Shown here: one piece after another, positions 20,640-31,980 of the stretch | How positions within the stretch are numbered: position 1 is the stretch's first letter | How the letters are laid out: each line of letters opens with the position of its first letter | Origin: Salisapilia sapeloensis CBS 127946 | Lineage: Eukaryota; Protista; Oomycota | NCBI GenBank assembly: GCA_023334545.1 | Contig: JAADVB010000131.1 | Span: 1 to 50,971, forward strand | Reading direction: 5' to 3' | DNA length: 50,971 nt | Translations under genes and position numbers: made by a program | Notes under the pieces: model-generated | Seen by the model: only the letters and a program-made list of their open reading frames with translations | The model's database searches: none | What the model was told of the DNA's origin: nothing

Positions 20640-21429
20640 GTGAGAACTGACTTAATGTAGCCCTGAATGTCGCCAAATGCTTTCCACCAGCCAATAGAGT
20701 AATTCGTTGCAGTGGAAAAGACATTCGCTGAGCCAGGTTCGGATACCACAGACGGATACAACTCCGCAGGAGAGGGATGGATATCCTTCTACCTAGCACT
20801 CTGATAGTGGTTTAATGTGATAGTGAGATTAGTGCTATACATAGACAACTGTTCCTATGCAGTTAAGAAGTCTTTTTGAAGTGAACGACGCAGAGTGGAA
20901 GCCAGATGTGGATGAAGCCAGGTTCAGAAAATCATTTGATCAGGCGTGGCAACTTGGCAGCGTTGTGGCATTGCATACTGCTTCGTCGAGGATTCTTTTT
21001 CCCTACCGCTGTTGACCCTATTGTGCTAAAAGTCCCCAATTTTTACTATAGCTGCCAGCTCATCAACTTTTTTCAGCTGCTAGCCTTAAATGACTATACA
21101 AGATTCACTGAGGCAAATTGGCTTCCTGCCTCTTATCCATGGGCGTTCATTCAGGCAACCCTACAGCCCTTGCCTTGCATGAATCTTGAACTGAATTCTA
21201 GTATTAAAGTGACCTCCGTCCTCGACGCTTACCCGAGTTAAGTCGTGCCCGTTCGCTCTGGGTTTTCCATCTGTTTCGTCTGACTGGACCGATGATGCGG
21301 TTGATCTGCATCGTCCTCATTCTTCAGAGGCGTGTATAGCACACACACCACTCTTGGTACCTTTGCCTGCTCTTCATCTTCAGAGGAGCAATTAAGTTAC
21401 ACCATTACCACTTCGAATTAATAAAGGGC

Positions 21430-23211
21430 ATGACATTTCCATCTCAACTTCTTCACGCGAATGGAGCAAGCTCAAGTCGAGGTCGACGACACATTGCTCA
21501 TCCTAAGAACACTCCGCGTGGCGTACAAATCCCCGAAACGACTACGTTGCGTCTATTTATCATCGCCGTGACGCTCGTCTGCCTCCAGCTCTATGCTGCC
21601 CAATACTTTTTAAATCACAGCAGTGGCTCCGTCCTCTCGCTAGCGACTGAGGACCGTAACCTTCGCCATCAAGAGGTCGCAATCGCTGCGTTGGAAGCCC
21701 GATTCGACTATACTCTAGCAGAGTCGCTGAATACGACGGATGCCAATGGTATTGATCGACTCAAGCTGGATGACTACGAATGTGTCGGATGGAAACCGAC
21801 CTACAAGTGTAATTCAGAGGAAGTTGCGGGCAATATAGAGCTCTTGCCTTGCGAAGAGCCCATTACGGATCAAATGAGCGGCTACTGTGTTCTTCGGCAT
21901 CAAAAGACGCAGGAGCTGAAGCAAGTTATGAACATGAGCTGCGATTCCCTCCGCCCCGGCTTTACGCTCAAGTGCTCCGAGTTCAAAGAAGTGTTGGAGC
22001 ACGGCGCCAAAGTCCAGATCTACACGCATGATCCTGGCTTCACGTACGACAATTGTCGAAAACAGTTTTATGAAGATCAGAACGTGTATGCATTGACGAC
22101 TGCACCTCCCAAGCCAGTGCTGGACGTGAACAGGCAGGCTATACAGAGTCTAAAAGCGAAGGATGCATTCTTTAAGAGAGGACTTGCATTTGTTGCGTAT
22201 GGAAAAGTGATCGAGAGCGTCTATGTGGCTGTTCGATCTCTACGAGCACTCGGGTGTAAACTACCGATCGAATTGTGGTATGCTCCTGTCGAGATCGAGG
22301 CGGCACATCCTCTGTTGAAGAAGTTGACGAGTGACTTCGGCGTCTACTTGCGAGAGCTACGAGACCCGACCGTTTCTAAGTTCTACACCAAGAACTATGC
22401 GTTTTACTACAGCGCCTTTGACGAGATGCTGCTCATGGACGCCGACTCGTTCGCGGTGAAAGACCCAACTTACCTCTTTGACACGCCAGAATTCCAGCAG
22501 ACTGGTGCGATCTTCTGGCCGGACTTTTGGCGGCCGAAGAAGACGATTTTCAACATCCAAGAGCGTAGTTTCATCTGGGAGTTTCTCAACCTCGAATTCG
22601 TCAACATGTTTGAACAGGAGAGCGGCCAGGTGTTGATCAACCGACGACAACACTGGAAGGCTCTGAACGCCATGATGTACTACGCGTCGAAAGCTTCGCC
22701 TCATATTGAACGTCTCGGCCTCGCGTGGGGAGACAAGGACTTGTTCCGATTCGCCTGGATGAAGACGAATAGCTCCTTCCACATGATCCGAATGCCTCCT
22801 GGAGCTGCCGGTGAAAAGTTTCCGGATGAAGAGATTTTCTGTGGTACGACGATCGCCCAGCACGATCCAAATCATGAGCTTATTTTCCTGCATCGGAATC
22901 AGGAAAAACTAAGTCGAGAAAATAATCGAAAGATCTGGTCCCACGTCCAACAGTTCCGACTGGATGACGTCCCGATGGCCAAGTACAGAGTCCGAGGAGC
23001 TCGCGGCGGTCGATACTTTCCTCAGTACAAGGAGTGCTACGGAAAAGATGCCAAGTACAGCAAAAATTTCGTCGTGACTCCGATTGCAGAGTTGCCGTGG
23101 CTCGAGCTGGAAGATCGGCTGCTGTCGTACTTGGATGAAGCCATTCAGATAGTACCATGGAATCATACGGTGCTGTCGTCTGCGGCTGGAGACAATACAG
23201 AGGAAAGGTAG
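21430..23211 (+). CDS. GT71 (Mnn2-like) alpha-mannosyltransferase, paralog 3
   Basis: TM (LFIIAVTLVCLQLYAAQYFL), 6-Cys stem, LMDADS, TGAIFWPDFW, EQESGQ, AWGDKDLFRFAW. Confidence 0.88.
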   Translation: MTFPSQLLHANGASSSRGRRHIAHPKNTPRGVQIPETTTLRLFIIAVTLVCLQLYAAQYFLNHSSGSVLSLATEDRNLRHQEVAIAALEARFDYTLAESLNTTDANGIDRLKLDDYECVGWKPTYKCNSEEVAGNIELLPCEEPITDQMSGYCVLRHQKTQELKQVMNMSCDSLRPGFTLKCSEFKEVLEHGAKVQIYTHDPGFTYDNCRKQFYEDQNVYALTTAPPKPVLDVNRQAIQSLKAKDAFFKRGLAFVAYGKVIESVYVAVRSLRALGCKLPIELWYAPVEIEAAHPLLKKLTSDFGVYLRELRDPTVSKFYTKNYAFYYSAFDEMLLMDADSFAVKDPTYLFDTPEFQQTGAIFWPDFWRPKKTIFNIQERSFIWEFLNLEFVNMFEQESGQVLINRRQHWKALNAMMYYASKASPHIERLGLAWGDKDLFRFAWMKTNSSFHMIRMPPGAAGEKFPDEEIFCGTTIAQHDPNHELIFLHRNQEKLSRENNRKIWSHVQQFRLDDVPMAKYRVRGARGGRYFPQYKECYGKDAKYSKNFVVTPIAELPWLELEDRLLSYLDEAIQIVPWNHTVLSSAAGDNTEER

Positions 23212-23728
23212 AGTAAGAGCGTCTTGTAGATACGTGTATTTCCCCCGCAAGGAGCTTGTTTGTCGACATGAGTCGTATGGGAATAAAGCTAGTCGAAGCA
23301 TATTTTTCATTTATGAGATTGGATTTTACGTGGAAACTTGGAAAAAGAGGGAAGGTGATTGCAGTCACTCGATGAATCTGCGCATCCGAATGCGGGTTCA
23401 TAATTGCTCATCTCGTCTGATGAGCAAGCAAGTAACGACGGGTGTCACCTGCACGACTTGAATGTCTTTCCTCGTCGTAAGCACGCTGGCCATGACGTAG
23501 TTGCTTTATTCGACGGAATGGTCGGAGGAGTGCAGGAGATGTCACTCGGCCTGGAACAGAAGACGACGGTGGAAGATAGTAGGAATTTTCTGGCGTCTCT
23601 TCCAAGGATTTATGTGCGAAATATAGAACCAAAGTTACGCTGTCGGAGCATCGAACGGTCATTTTTGAATCCTCCACGCCCGGACAAAGCTTTTAACACA
23701 GGCCTTCAGTTAAATCCTTCTTCCGACG

Positions 23729-24463
23729 ATGCAATCGCCAGCAGTCCGAGCGATTTGTTGCCAGCGCAACCTTGACGACGGGCTCATTCAGGAGAAGATT
23801 GACAGTTATCTTGATGCGTCGTTCATCTGGTCGTTGGACAGAGCAGCGTTTGAAGGCCACCTCTGGCTCATAAAACGCTTGAACGCTCGCTTTCCGAAGA
23901 AGTACTCGTATTGCAGTGAGGAAGCGATGGATTCTGCAGCTGAACAGGGGTTCCTCCCGATCGTACAGTTTCTTCACGAAAATCGAAAAGAAGGATGCAC
24001 GACCGACGCGCTAGACCAGGCATGTGGTCACGGTCACTTGCATGTTGTGCAGTGGCTGATTGAGAACAGGTTGGAAGGATGTACCGTAAATGCGGCGGAT
24101 ATGGCAAGTGCAAATGGGCATTTGGATGTATTGCAGTGCTTAAAGAGAGCAGGCATTGGTCAATTTGGCGAAGATGCGTTGCCAAATGCAGCGGGCCACG
24201 GACGCATTGCTGTTCTAGAATGGCTTCATGAAGAATGCGAGCTACCAATTTGCGCTCGAGCTATACGGAACGCAATCTCAGCTAGCCAAGAAGCTGCGTT
24301 AAGATGGCTGCTCGATCGTTCGACGATTCATCTGATTAACGAAGGGCTTCTCTTTTCATGGTACGGCAGTCCCAGCAACATTTCGAACATTATCAGCGAG
24401 TACAGACAAAGATATTTGCTATCATCTGACGACGAAGAGGAAGAGCTAGAGGCATTCAAGTAA
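23729..24463 (+). CDS. Ankyrin-repeat protein (oomycete-type GCTxxA repeats)
   Basis: AMDSAAEQGFLPIVQFLHENRKEGCTTDALDQACGHGHLHVVQWLIENRLEGCTVNAADMASANGHLDVLQCL. Confidence 0.85.
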   Translation: MQSPAVRAICCQRNLDDGLIQEKIDSYLDASFIWSLDRAAFEGHLWLIKRLNARFPKKYSYCSEEAMDSAAEQGFLPIVQFLHENRKEGCTTDALDQACGHGHLHVVQWLIENRLEGCTVNAADMASANGHLDVLQCLKRAGIGQFGEDALPNAAGHGRIAVLEWLHEECELPICARAIRNAISASQEAALRWLLDRSTIHLINEGLLFSWYGSPSNISNIISEYRQRYLLSSDDEEEELEAFK

Positions 24464-24556
24464 AGGAGACAGGAGCATTCAAATAATATATCTTCACATA
24501 AACGAACTTATAGTAAAAAGAAACTCATCTGCCATGCATGAAAAATCAAAAAGTGA

Positions 24557-24636
24557 TGGCCACTGTGGGATTCGAACCCACGCCCTTTCGGACCAGTGCC
24601 TTAAACTGGCGCCTTAGACCGCTCGGCCAAGTGACC
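24557..24636 (-). tRNA. tRNA-Leu(AAG)
   Basis: Reverse complement GGTCACTTGGCCGAGCGGTCTAAGGCG-CCAGT TTAAGGC ACTGG-variable arm TCCGAAAGGGC-GTGGG TTCGAAT CCCAC-AGTGGCCA, with a downstream T-run. Confidence 0.95.
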
Positions 24637-25616
24637 CTTACGGTAATTAGGTACAAAATATATTATACAAATATATATATTTGTAATTTCTACAAATATC
24701 AAGTTAGCCTGAAGGTTACAAGTTGATACATTCATGCTGCTAGGCGACGTGTACACCCGTATGGTACGCTTGGTAAGGGACTTTATAAAGGAGTATTGCA
24801 AAGACTCACAGCTACAATAGGTAATAGCGATTAAGGGTCCTCTCAATGCTTAAAAGTAGGAGTGATTCTATGTCTAGATACGAGCTCTTTCAAAGTTGGC
24901 AACTCCCGAATTGTTTCATCTCGACGTACCAGCCAACACAGGTTCTCTCTAAGCCTTAAAGAGTTACGCTATCTACCATGAAGAAGTTTGCATGAAGAAG
25001 TTACATGCACAAAGGCTTCAAAGCATCATCGAAACCTGACTGAGCATTTCAATCTATGAGCGACCATAGATCTAGGACTAGCTATCAATTTGTTCCAACA
25101 CAAGTAGCTTCATATCGCACCAACAAGTTGCGGCTTGAATGAAATCTCTAAGGCTTTCTACTCTTGTACCTACTGCGTGCCGCTTACAAGTAGCCTTCCC
25201 AACTCGCAGCTTTGTTTACTTTATTTCACATTCAGGTGAAGCTGCTGCATCTTTGATTAGAGCAGTCTAGCTAACGTCTCCGCTCAGTACTTAATCGACT
25301 GTGCCACTAATGCAAAAGCACGACTGATATATGCATCAATCGGCATGTTCTTCCAAGATACATATGAGTTTATCTTGTAGTAGAGAGCTATTCCTACATC
25401 TCTGGTCCAAACTTTGAAAGCACGTGCTCTACTAGTGTGAGCCGATATAATAACATTGAACCTGTCTCTAAGCAGTTGCCGAAAACACTGCAAATCATGC
25501 CATCGACATACAAAAGCTTTACAAGAGTAAATTTAAATCCAGTATTGCATTGTAGGTTATATTGCAGCAAATGCCGTCAAGAGTAGCGCACTGGTAAGTT
25601 CTGGAGCTGCTTGCAC

Positions 25617-26045
25617 TTAGTAGCGGTATTTTGTGGAGTAGTCTTTGGGTGAGACGACCAAACCACGACCTTTTCGAGCTCCACGATAGACTGTTTCGAT
25701 GATATCGATCATCTCCTGCTTGCTGTTGAAGGCCCAGTTGATTTTGTTGTTATTTCCCGTTCCGAGATCGATCATAATGTGCTTGTTGCGGAAGAAGAAC
25801 ATGACGGTGCACGGATCGTACAGTTCGTACATGGTGTTAAAATCAGGCACTTCTGTGATGTCGACGACGTAGATGGCCGCAAAGTTCTTCACGTCCTCCG
25901 CGACGCCTGCCAGCACCTCGTCCATTTGCATGCAAGTGGCGTCGTAGTCATGACCGAAGCGCATGACGACCACTCGGTCTCCTTCATTCAAGATCGCTTG
26001 GTCTACGGCCCATCCGCTCTCCAAGTGGGGTAGCAAGTACGACAT
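25617..26045 (-). CDS. DIM1: U5 snRNP thioredoxin-like protein Dim1/TXNL4A
   Basis: 142 aa, MSYLLPHLESGWAVDQAILNEGDRVVVMRFGHD...YELYDPCTVMFFFRNKHIMIDLGTGNNNKINWA...GRGLVVSPKDYSTKYRY. Near-identical to the canonical Dim1 sequence. Confidence 0.97.
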   Translation of the reverse strand: MSYLLPHLESGWAVDQAILNEGDRVVVMRFGHDYDATCMQMDEVLAGVAEDVKNFAAIYVVDITEVPDFNTMYELYDPCTVMFFFRNKHIMIDLGTGNNNKINWAFNSKQEMIDIIETVYRGARKGRGLVVSPKDYSTKYRY

Positions 26046-26462
26046 GCCTTCCTGTGCTTAACAATTGAAGAGGACGCAAAGACTGGTCGAGATGAGCGAC
26101 TTGGTCGAGTGTGCAGTTTAACGTCCGAATCTTAGTGTCCGAAATCCGGACAGTATAAAGTATCTAGGTTAATGTATGTTGTGTGTTATGTACCACATTA
26201 TTATCGGATGAGAGCACTTGATGATCGAGCTGTTAGGACATCAGCTAAAGAATCGGCGAGACTTGAGCCCATCGCGACAGCCATTGAGGGCACCTTTCTT
26301 CCATCTCAAAGCACGCAGAGTAACGTCCGACTCGTCTCAGTCCCTCCAACGCTGCAGGGCTTGTGTCTCAGTCCGATTGGGTTGCATCTCGGAGCGTTCG
26401 TACCACCAGATAAGCGTCTTTCGTCTCTCACGACAAGATCTTGAGTGTATTTTACACTCGCC

Positions 26463-29400
26463 ATGTACGTTCTAGTGCTGTTTGCACTCCTCTGGGCAAA
26501 TGCAGCGGCGGACAGTAACCCTCATTGCGCTTATTTTCTCGACTACTGCGACTTTAACGCCTCGACGTCATCCTGCACGTTCCAAACGTCGACGAGATTC
26601 TCATGCGGCCCTCTTCCTGTCTCATCAGCTCCGCCTGCTTCCTCAAATGGTACAAATGCAACTGGCACAGTAGCTCCGACGCCAGCACCAACGCTCAAAG
26701 TTCCTGCTCCGTCGGATTATGTATGTCAATGGGCCATCGCTGGGGACCTCGTGGTCGCTAAGGACGTATCGATCGGAGTGGATGGGGACGATTGTCTAGT
26801 GCAAGTGAGTGCTGGTAAAGCAGTGCATTTACAGTCCGGTGCACAGCTGAATGCAAGTTCGATGTCGTTGGGCGCTTCCTTTGTGCGACTGGAAGAAAAT
26901 AGCAGAGTCTCTTCCCAGTATTCTGGCGTCTACCGCGGCAAACTTGGTGGGAACTTCCACGGCAGAAAGATAATTGGGGCGAGTAATGGTGGATCAGGCG
27001 GAAGACGGGTGATTGTGAACGAAAGCATTGCCATGCAAAACGATGCGTTCGGGTACTTTGATGTCCGCCCATGGGCAATTACAGAAGGTTGGAACAGCAC
27101 TGAACGAGGGAGAGTGCTGCGTCAAAGCAGTGCGTCGTGGAACCTGGAAGAGCTGTGGGACCAGACTCCACCGCCAAGCTCTGCTGACATGGTCGATGGA
27201 AACGAGTGGAAGATTCAGATGTTGTTAGGAAGTGGCAGCAGTAATTCAACGCTTGCGAGTCATTTACCAGGGCAGAGTATCTCGGGCAACGTGCAGCAAG
27301 TGTCTGGTGGTGGTCGCATTAAAATCACAGCATCTAGAGACATCGTGGTCATGTCGGGAGCATCCATCCAGGCCAATGGCGCGCCTGCTGTGAGCGGCAT
27401 TAGCGGTGGATCTGGAGGCAGCGTCTACGTGTCTTCGACTTCTCTCATGATGAGCGGCACGATTGAAGCAAAAGGCGGTGCAGCTTTTTGTTCCGATCAC
27501 GTTGACACGAAAGGAATCGACGAGTGCTACCCTGGCGGTGGCGGAGGCAGAGTCATGATATCCTATAGCTCCAGTCAACTGGACGATGATGCTGTAATAA
27601 CAGTTGGAGGATCATTAGACGATACGATCAGTCAGAGACTCACCAAGTGGCTCATCTTGAGACCACTTCAAGTCCGAGCCCTCGCAGGTGGAGCAGGAAC
27701 GTACTACCGCATTGCAAAACGAGCGGATGGAAGTGATGAGTCGAGCCTCGTGATTAGCAATCGCATGCAGGCGTCGTCACAGTTGCTTCCGGCGGAAGAT
27801 CCGTACAAGGCAGAGCGTGGAGGAGCTGTGACTCCCGTGTCAGTAGAAGGTCCGTCCAAGTTAAGCACCATGGTCGTTGTGGATGGTGCAGCTGTGTCCA
27901 CGAGTCTATTGCAATTCCAAGCGGGCACACTGAATGTAGCTAACAATTCCTGCTTGATGGAGGAGCTCACGAGGGTGCCGGTAGAAGCTCTCAACTCGTC
28001 GTTGATAGTAGACGTCAAGTCGATGGTGCTGACACTCCACTCCAAGTTGCTACTGCCCAAAGCACACTTGCAGGTAAAAGCAGCCACCGTCTCGCTTGAT
28101 ACGACGGTAGAAGTGGCCTTCAGTAACAGTGCTCAATTCACTACCACCGGAACACTTCATACGGACGCAACCATCCGGACCATCAGTGTGCCGATGCAAG
28201 TGCCATCATCAGCTACCTATGCCGCCCTCGCGCTCCAGACTAGTCGAGCTCTTGTTTTTGATAGTCATGGGGATATTCTGGTTGGAGGGGCCATCGACGT
28301 GGGCGCGCTGTCTCTTCGGTCGATGCAGTCAATCAACGCCAGTGGGATTGCCGTCGCCTCCAACGCAGCTTCTATGTCGGCCACATACAAGTCGTGTAAA
28401 GAGCACTTGGCGAGCGACGACCTTGTTTTTCAACCGTTCGCATCTACGATTGGGAACTTTACGATGGTCGTGACGGCACAAGAACGTATCGACCTTGGCG
28501 GAAACAGCCAGCACACGGCGCTGCTGGAAGCCGGTGCCATCTTACTGTGTTCTCAGAGCGACATGAAGATCTTTTCTAGTGCCATCGTAAGTGCTAATGG
28601 CATGGGTGAGCTCGCCAATCAAGGTCCTGGCAGCGGATACTGCTCTGCGTCTGTCGGTGGAGGAGCTGGCTATGGAGGCAGAGGTGCCGACTCCACTGCC
28701 GTCAATAAGAGGGGAGATTATGCGTCCGGAGGACTGCCGTACGGTACGAGATCTGGCGCTGGTATGCTTGGCTCTGGCGGCGGATGCGTCGGAGGTGGAA
28801 GTGGCGGAGGTGTCGTGCTCATCGGCGCTGAAACCTTGCGACTGGATGGAGAGATCCACTGCAATGGAGATGGCGGATCGAATGGCGGAGGTGGCGGATC
28901 AGGAGGGTTCTTGGGCCTGTCCGTGTCGCAGTTCCTGACGGGCGGTGGAAAGATGAGTGCAGTTGGAGGCGGCACAACGTGCATTGATACAGGAGTCAGA
29001 CTCTTCGTGACAGAAGTCGATCACAAGTGTGGCGGTGGAGGCGGCGGTGGACGACTGCAGCTAACAGGATGCGAGCAGAGCCATTACGATCGATGTACAA
29101 GCGGCTTTGAGGGGAACTATACTGTGGCAGGTGGTGCGGTGGCGAAGATGACGAAGCCTGGTACGGCTGAAGGGTCTGCTGCATTGGAAGAGCTCGAGGA
29201 TGCGACTGGTGACAGCGGCACATTCTTTGGATTCCCGTGTGCTCCTGGCTACGGAGGTTTCCTCTGTCGCATGTGTAAGGTCGGGACGTTCAAGGCTGTG
29301 AGTAGTAGTGAAGAGTGCAAGCCATGCGCCAACGCTCCGACAAACGCACATTATATTGCCAAGGGAGAGACCTCGAGTAATTGCGAGTGGGCGTGTGACC

Positions 29401-31877
29401 CAGGGTACTCTGGTGCGTACTGTCTGTCTCCACTACAACAGTTTCTGAACGCATGCGGTGGAGAAGTGGGCTTTGCTGGCGTCCTCTTTGGCATCACACT
29501 CTTCTTCATCCTTCTAGGGTATGCCTGTCGAAGTCGGAAGGAGCCCTCCTACCGACGCATGTACAACACGGCAGGCAAAGGAGAACGACAGCATCTACTC
29601 GCCAGTGCCGTCGGACAGTCCCGTGGCAATCGCTTCCTCAAGCTTTTCACTTGCGTCTACTGGCCACGCGTCCGATATCCAAAGCTGCAGGATCAGGACC
29701 TGCCGGAGCACATGGCGAGACTCTACTTCAGCGGCAGCAACGAACCAGATTCTCCTTTGCGTCTGCGTATGACCGTTCCATCGTCTTTGAAGAACGTCTT
29801 GTACGACGAAGAGTTCCGGAGACTTGCTGAAAGGATCAACCGCGTCCTCGCCTGGCGGTCTGGGTGTCTCTCCAGCTGGAGCGAAATCATGTACTATGTC
29901 GTGGCACTCGTCTGCTATCCGTTTGCGTCGGAAGTCATGGCATACAGAAGACACACTCGGCTGAATGCACTCAAGCGACTGATCGCCAAATACAATCACG
30001 CTTGCATGAAGGGACCGCGCGCGAGAGCGCTGCTGAATGCTGTCAAGCTAGGCTACTCTGCCGAGTACGCGCTCGTGTACCTGGAGCTTCTTCATAAAGA
30101 AAGCTCCCAGTCCGTATGTGTCCCGACGACGCACATTGGAAAGCCTTCGCTTCCGCTCGTGCTCCTGTTTGCTGGGAAAGGGACGTACTACAACCCGTAC
30201 TACCTGGACCCGAACGATCTGCTGGTGAGGTCAATTCCGCAGTGTCCAGAGCTCACGTCTTTTATCGACGAACCGTGGATTGAGTTCGTAGCGGAGCTGA
30301 ATGAGCTCTTGCGAGTGGTGCAAAGAGATGCAGAACTCTTGGTGGAGAGCCTACTTCCAGTAGCGCAGTTCTTGGAAAGGCAGTTGGCACTGGCGACGAA
30401 AGGAAATGGACGCCTGGGAGGACTGCGCATCTATCTCGGTCGATTTTACGTCCAAGACGAGAGCGAGTGGGAGGAAGAGTTCAAGCTCGGACTTTTACTC
30501 ACCACAGCCGACGATGAGGGCCAGCCGATCGGAAGCGATTTCTTTGATGAAAGCCAGAGAAGGCCTCGACAACGAGCGCAGTCCACGTCAGACTCTTCCA
30601 TCGCATTCACGGCCAACTCGAATCCCAACGTCGCTAGTGGACGAAAGTACGGCGCAGTTCAGACGGACCATTTCGGCCTAGGCTTTGGCGGATACGACCA
30701 AGGGTACGGCTACTCGTCCCACTTTCCCAATAGCTCTGGTCGAGATGCAAATGACAACAGCTTTTACTACAGTGGAGACAAACGAGAGCAACGGTTCACA
30801 GCAAACGACTTGTTCTTGGCAGACTTTACAGGCCAGACACCCAACGTCAGCTCCGGTTCAGTGCTGCCGACGATGGGCAGAAAGGGGTCAAGTGACTCGG
30901 AGAGCAATGGGAAACAACTGCAGAACAGCAGTATTCGGGAGGAAGCGTTGCGCATACGATCATCGACGTCCGACTCGTTTGATAATGAGGACCCGAGCAA
31001 CGGATCGATCACGAACACTCTGGCCTCGTCGACAGACCAGCTCGATGCGCCTGCACACCCTTACATTCGTAGTCCGGCGACGAAAACTCGGAACGGGCGG
31101 AACAGTCGGGATTATGTGGATGGGAAGCAGAGCGCGTCGAAAGCGCAGATGAGACTCGAAACGAGTGCGTCTCAGGCGAAGCCGAATGGGAGAAGACGTC
31201 GCATGCGGTCATTCTACGAAGCCTGGCTCGGTCCTGTCGATGCTTCTTTACCGGTGCCAGGCGTTTTGATCAGCGCCGATGAGCTAAATGATCGTTTGGC
31301 AGACATGTCGACCAAGCAAAAGATCCGAGCTTTTATTAAACGGCGACTCAAGCCACGCAATGTCCACTGCAGCTCATGGCTGCGTGTTTCGTGGGCACTG
31401 ACGGCAACGTTGCTTGTGCTGCTCATGAGCGACTTAACGATCACCATGGCGATCCTCATCAACCTCCGGTGCGTGACGGATGGAGAGATTAACAATGACT
31501 GCACGGCGGGTGTACTCATCCCTGTGCTTCTCATTCCTCCGTTCACACTGGTCATTGCTCCGATCATGGGCACCATTTCGCTCGCACTGTCCTCCACAGC
31601 GTTCTCTCGTCGGTTCTCGCTTTGGAACGCCTTGTCCATGGTGAACGTCGGCGTTGCCATTGTAGCATGTTGGACACAGAGCAGTCGGCTGGTCGCGCCG
31701 TGGTTCACACGTCCTGTGCCATTCTTGCCTGTCATCGCTATGGGCGTCAAGATGGGCGAGGCATACGTGATTGAACGCTATATTGCGTTCCAAGAGACGT
31801 ATCGTCGTCGTCGCGGATGGAGAGGACTGATGAAACGAAGGCTGTCGGACGCCAGTATTCCGCCTGATTCGCCATAG
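26463..31877 (+). CDS. Large receptor-like membrane protein with Gly-rich repeats, a TNFR/GCC2_GCC3-like Cys domain and C-terminal TMs
   Basis: Signal peptide MYVLVLFALLWANAAA, repeated GGGSGG/GGGGGGR motifs, CAPGYGGFLCRMCKVGTFK...CEWACDPGY, TM FAGVLFGITLFFILLGY and three further hydrophobic segments near the C-terminus. Single exon. Confidence 0.7.
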   Translation: MYVLVLFALLWANAAADSNPHCAYFLDYCDFNASTSSCTFQTSTRFSCGPLPVSSAPPASSNGTNATGTVAPTPAPTLKVPAPSDYVCQWAIAGDLVVAKDVSIGVDGDDCLVQVSAGKAVHLQSGAQLNASSMSLGASFVRLEENSRVSSQYSGVYRGKLGGNFHGRKIIGASNGGSGGRRVIVNESIAMQNDAFGYFDVRPWAITEGWNSTERGRVLRQSSASWNLEELWDQTPPPSSADMVDGNEWKIQMLLGSGSSNSTLASHLPGQSISGNVQQVSGGGRIKITASRDIVVMSGASIQANGAPAVSGISGGSGGSVYVSSTSLMMSGTIEAKGGAAFCSDHVDTKGIDECYPGGGGGRVMISYSSSQLDDDAVITVGGSLDDTISQRLTKWLILRPLQVRALAGGAGTYYRIAKRADGSDESSLVISNRMQASSQLLPAEDPYKAERGGAVTPVSVEGPSKLSTMVVVDGAAVSTSLLQFQAGTLNVANNSCLMEELTRVPVEALNSSLIVDVKSMVLTLHSKLLLPKAHLQVKAATVSLDTTVEVAFSNSAQFTTTGTLHTDATIRTISVPMQVPSSATYAALALQTSRALVFDSHGDILVGGAIDVGALSLRSMQSINASGIAVASNAASMSATYKSCKEHLASDDLVFQPFASTIGNFTMVVTAQERIDLGGNSQHTALLEAGAILLCSQSDMKIFSSAIVSANGMGELANQGPGSGYCSASVGGGAGYGGRGADSTAVNKRGDYASGGLPYGTRSGAGMLGSGGGCVGGGSGGGVVLIGAETLRLDGEIHCNGDGGSNGGGGGSGGFLGLSVSQFLTGGGKMSAVGGGTTCIDTGVRLFVTEVDHKCGGGGGGGRLQLTGCEQSHYDRCTSGFEGNYTVAGGAVAKMTKPGTAEGSAALEELEDATGDSGTFFGFPCAPGYGGFLCRMCKVGTFKAVSSSEECKPCANAPTNAHYIAKGETSSNCEWACDPGYSGAYCLSPLQQFLNACGGEVGFAGVLFGITLFFILLGYACRSRKEPSYRRMYNTAGKGERQHLLASAVGQSRGNRFLKLFTCVYWPRVRYPKLQDQDLPEHMARLYFSGSNEPDSPLRLRMTVPSSLKNVLYDEEFRRLAERINRVLAWRSGCLSSWSEIMYYVVALVCYPFASEVMAYRRHTRLNALKRLIAKYNHACMKGPRARALLNAVKLGYSAEYALVYLELLHKESSQSVCVPTTHIGKPSLPLVLLFAGKGTYYNPYYLDPNDLLVRSIPQCPELTSFIDEPWIEFVAELNELLRVVQRDAELLVESLLPVAQFLERQLALATKGNGRLGGLRIYLGRFYVQDESEWEEEFKLGLLLTTADDEGQPIGSDFFDESQRRPRQRAQSTSDSSIAFTANSNPNVASGRKYGAVQTDHFGLGFGGYDQGYGYSSHFPNSSGRDANDNSFYYSGDKREQRFTANDLFLADFTGQTPNVSSGSVLPTMGRKGSSDSESNGKQLQNSSIREEALRIRSSTSDSFDNEDPSNGSITNTLASSTDQLDAPAHPYIRSPATKTRNGRNSRDYVDGKQSASKAQMRLETSASQAKPNGRRRRMRSFYEAWLGPVDASLPVPGVLISADELNDRLADMSTKQKIRAFIKRRLKPRNVHCSSWLRVSWALTATLLVLLMSDLTITMAILINLRCVTDGEINNDCTAGVLIPVLLIPPFTLVIAPIMGTISLALSSTAFSRRFSLWNALSMVNVGVAIVACWTQSSRLVAPWFTRPVPFLPVIAMGVKMGEAYVIERYIAFQETYRRRRGWRGLMKRRLSDASIPPDSP

Positions 31878-31980
31878 GTAGCGCAGAGAAAATCTCTTGA
31901 TGAGACCACAAGTGTTCAGAAATTAAAGGTTGAACTCAGGATAAAGTTTATAACGTTTGTGTTGTCAGTTTCAGTGGAGG

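Noticed and set aside
24650-25560. ORF-poor gap beside tRNA-Leu with a short CATGAAGAAGTT duplication (about 24977-25002)
   Set aside because: No TIR, LTR or recognisable transposase remnant; the repeat is too short to be meaningful.
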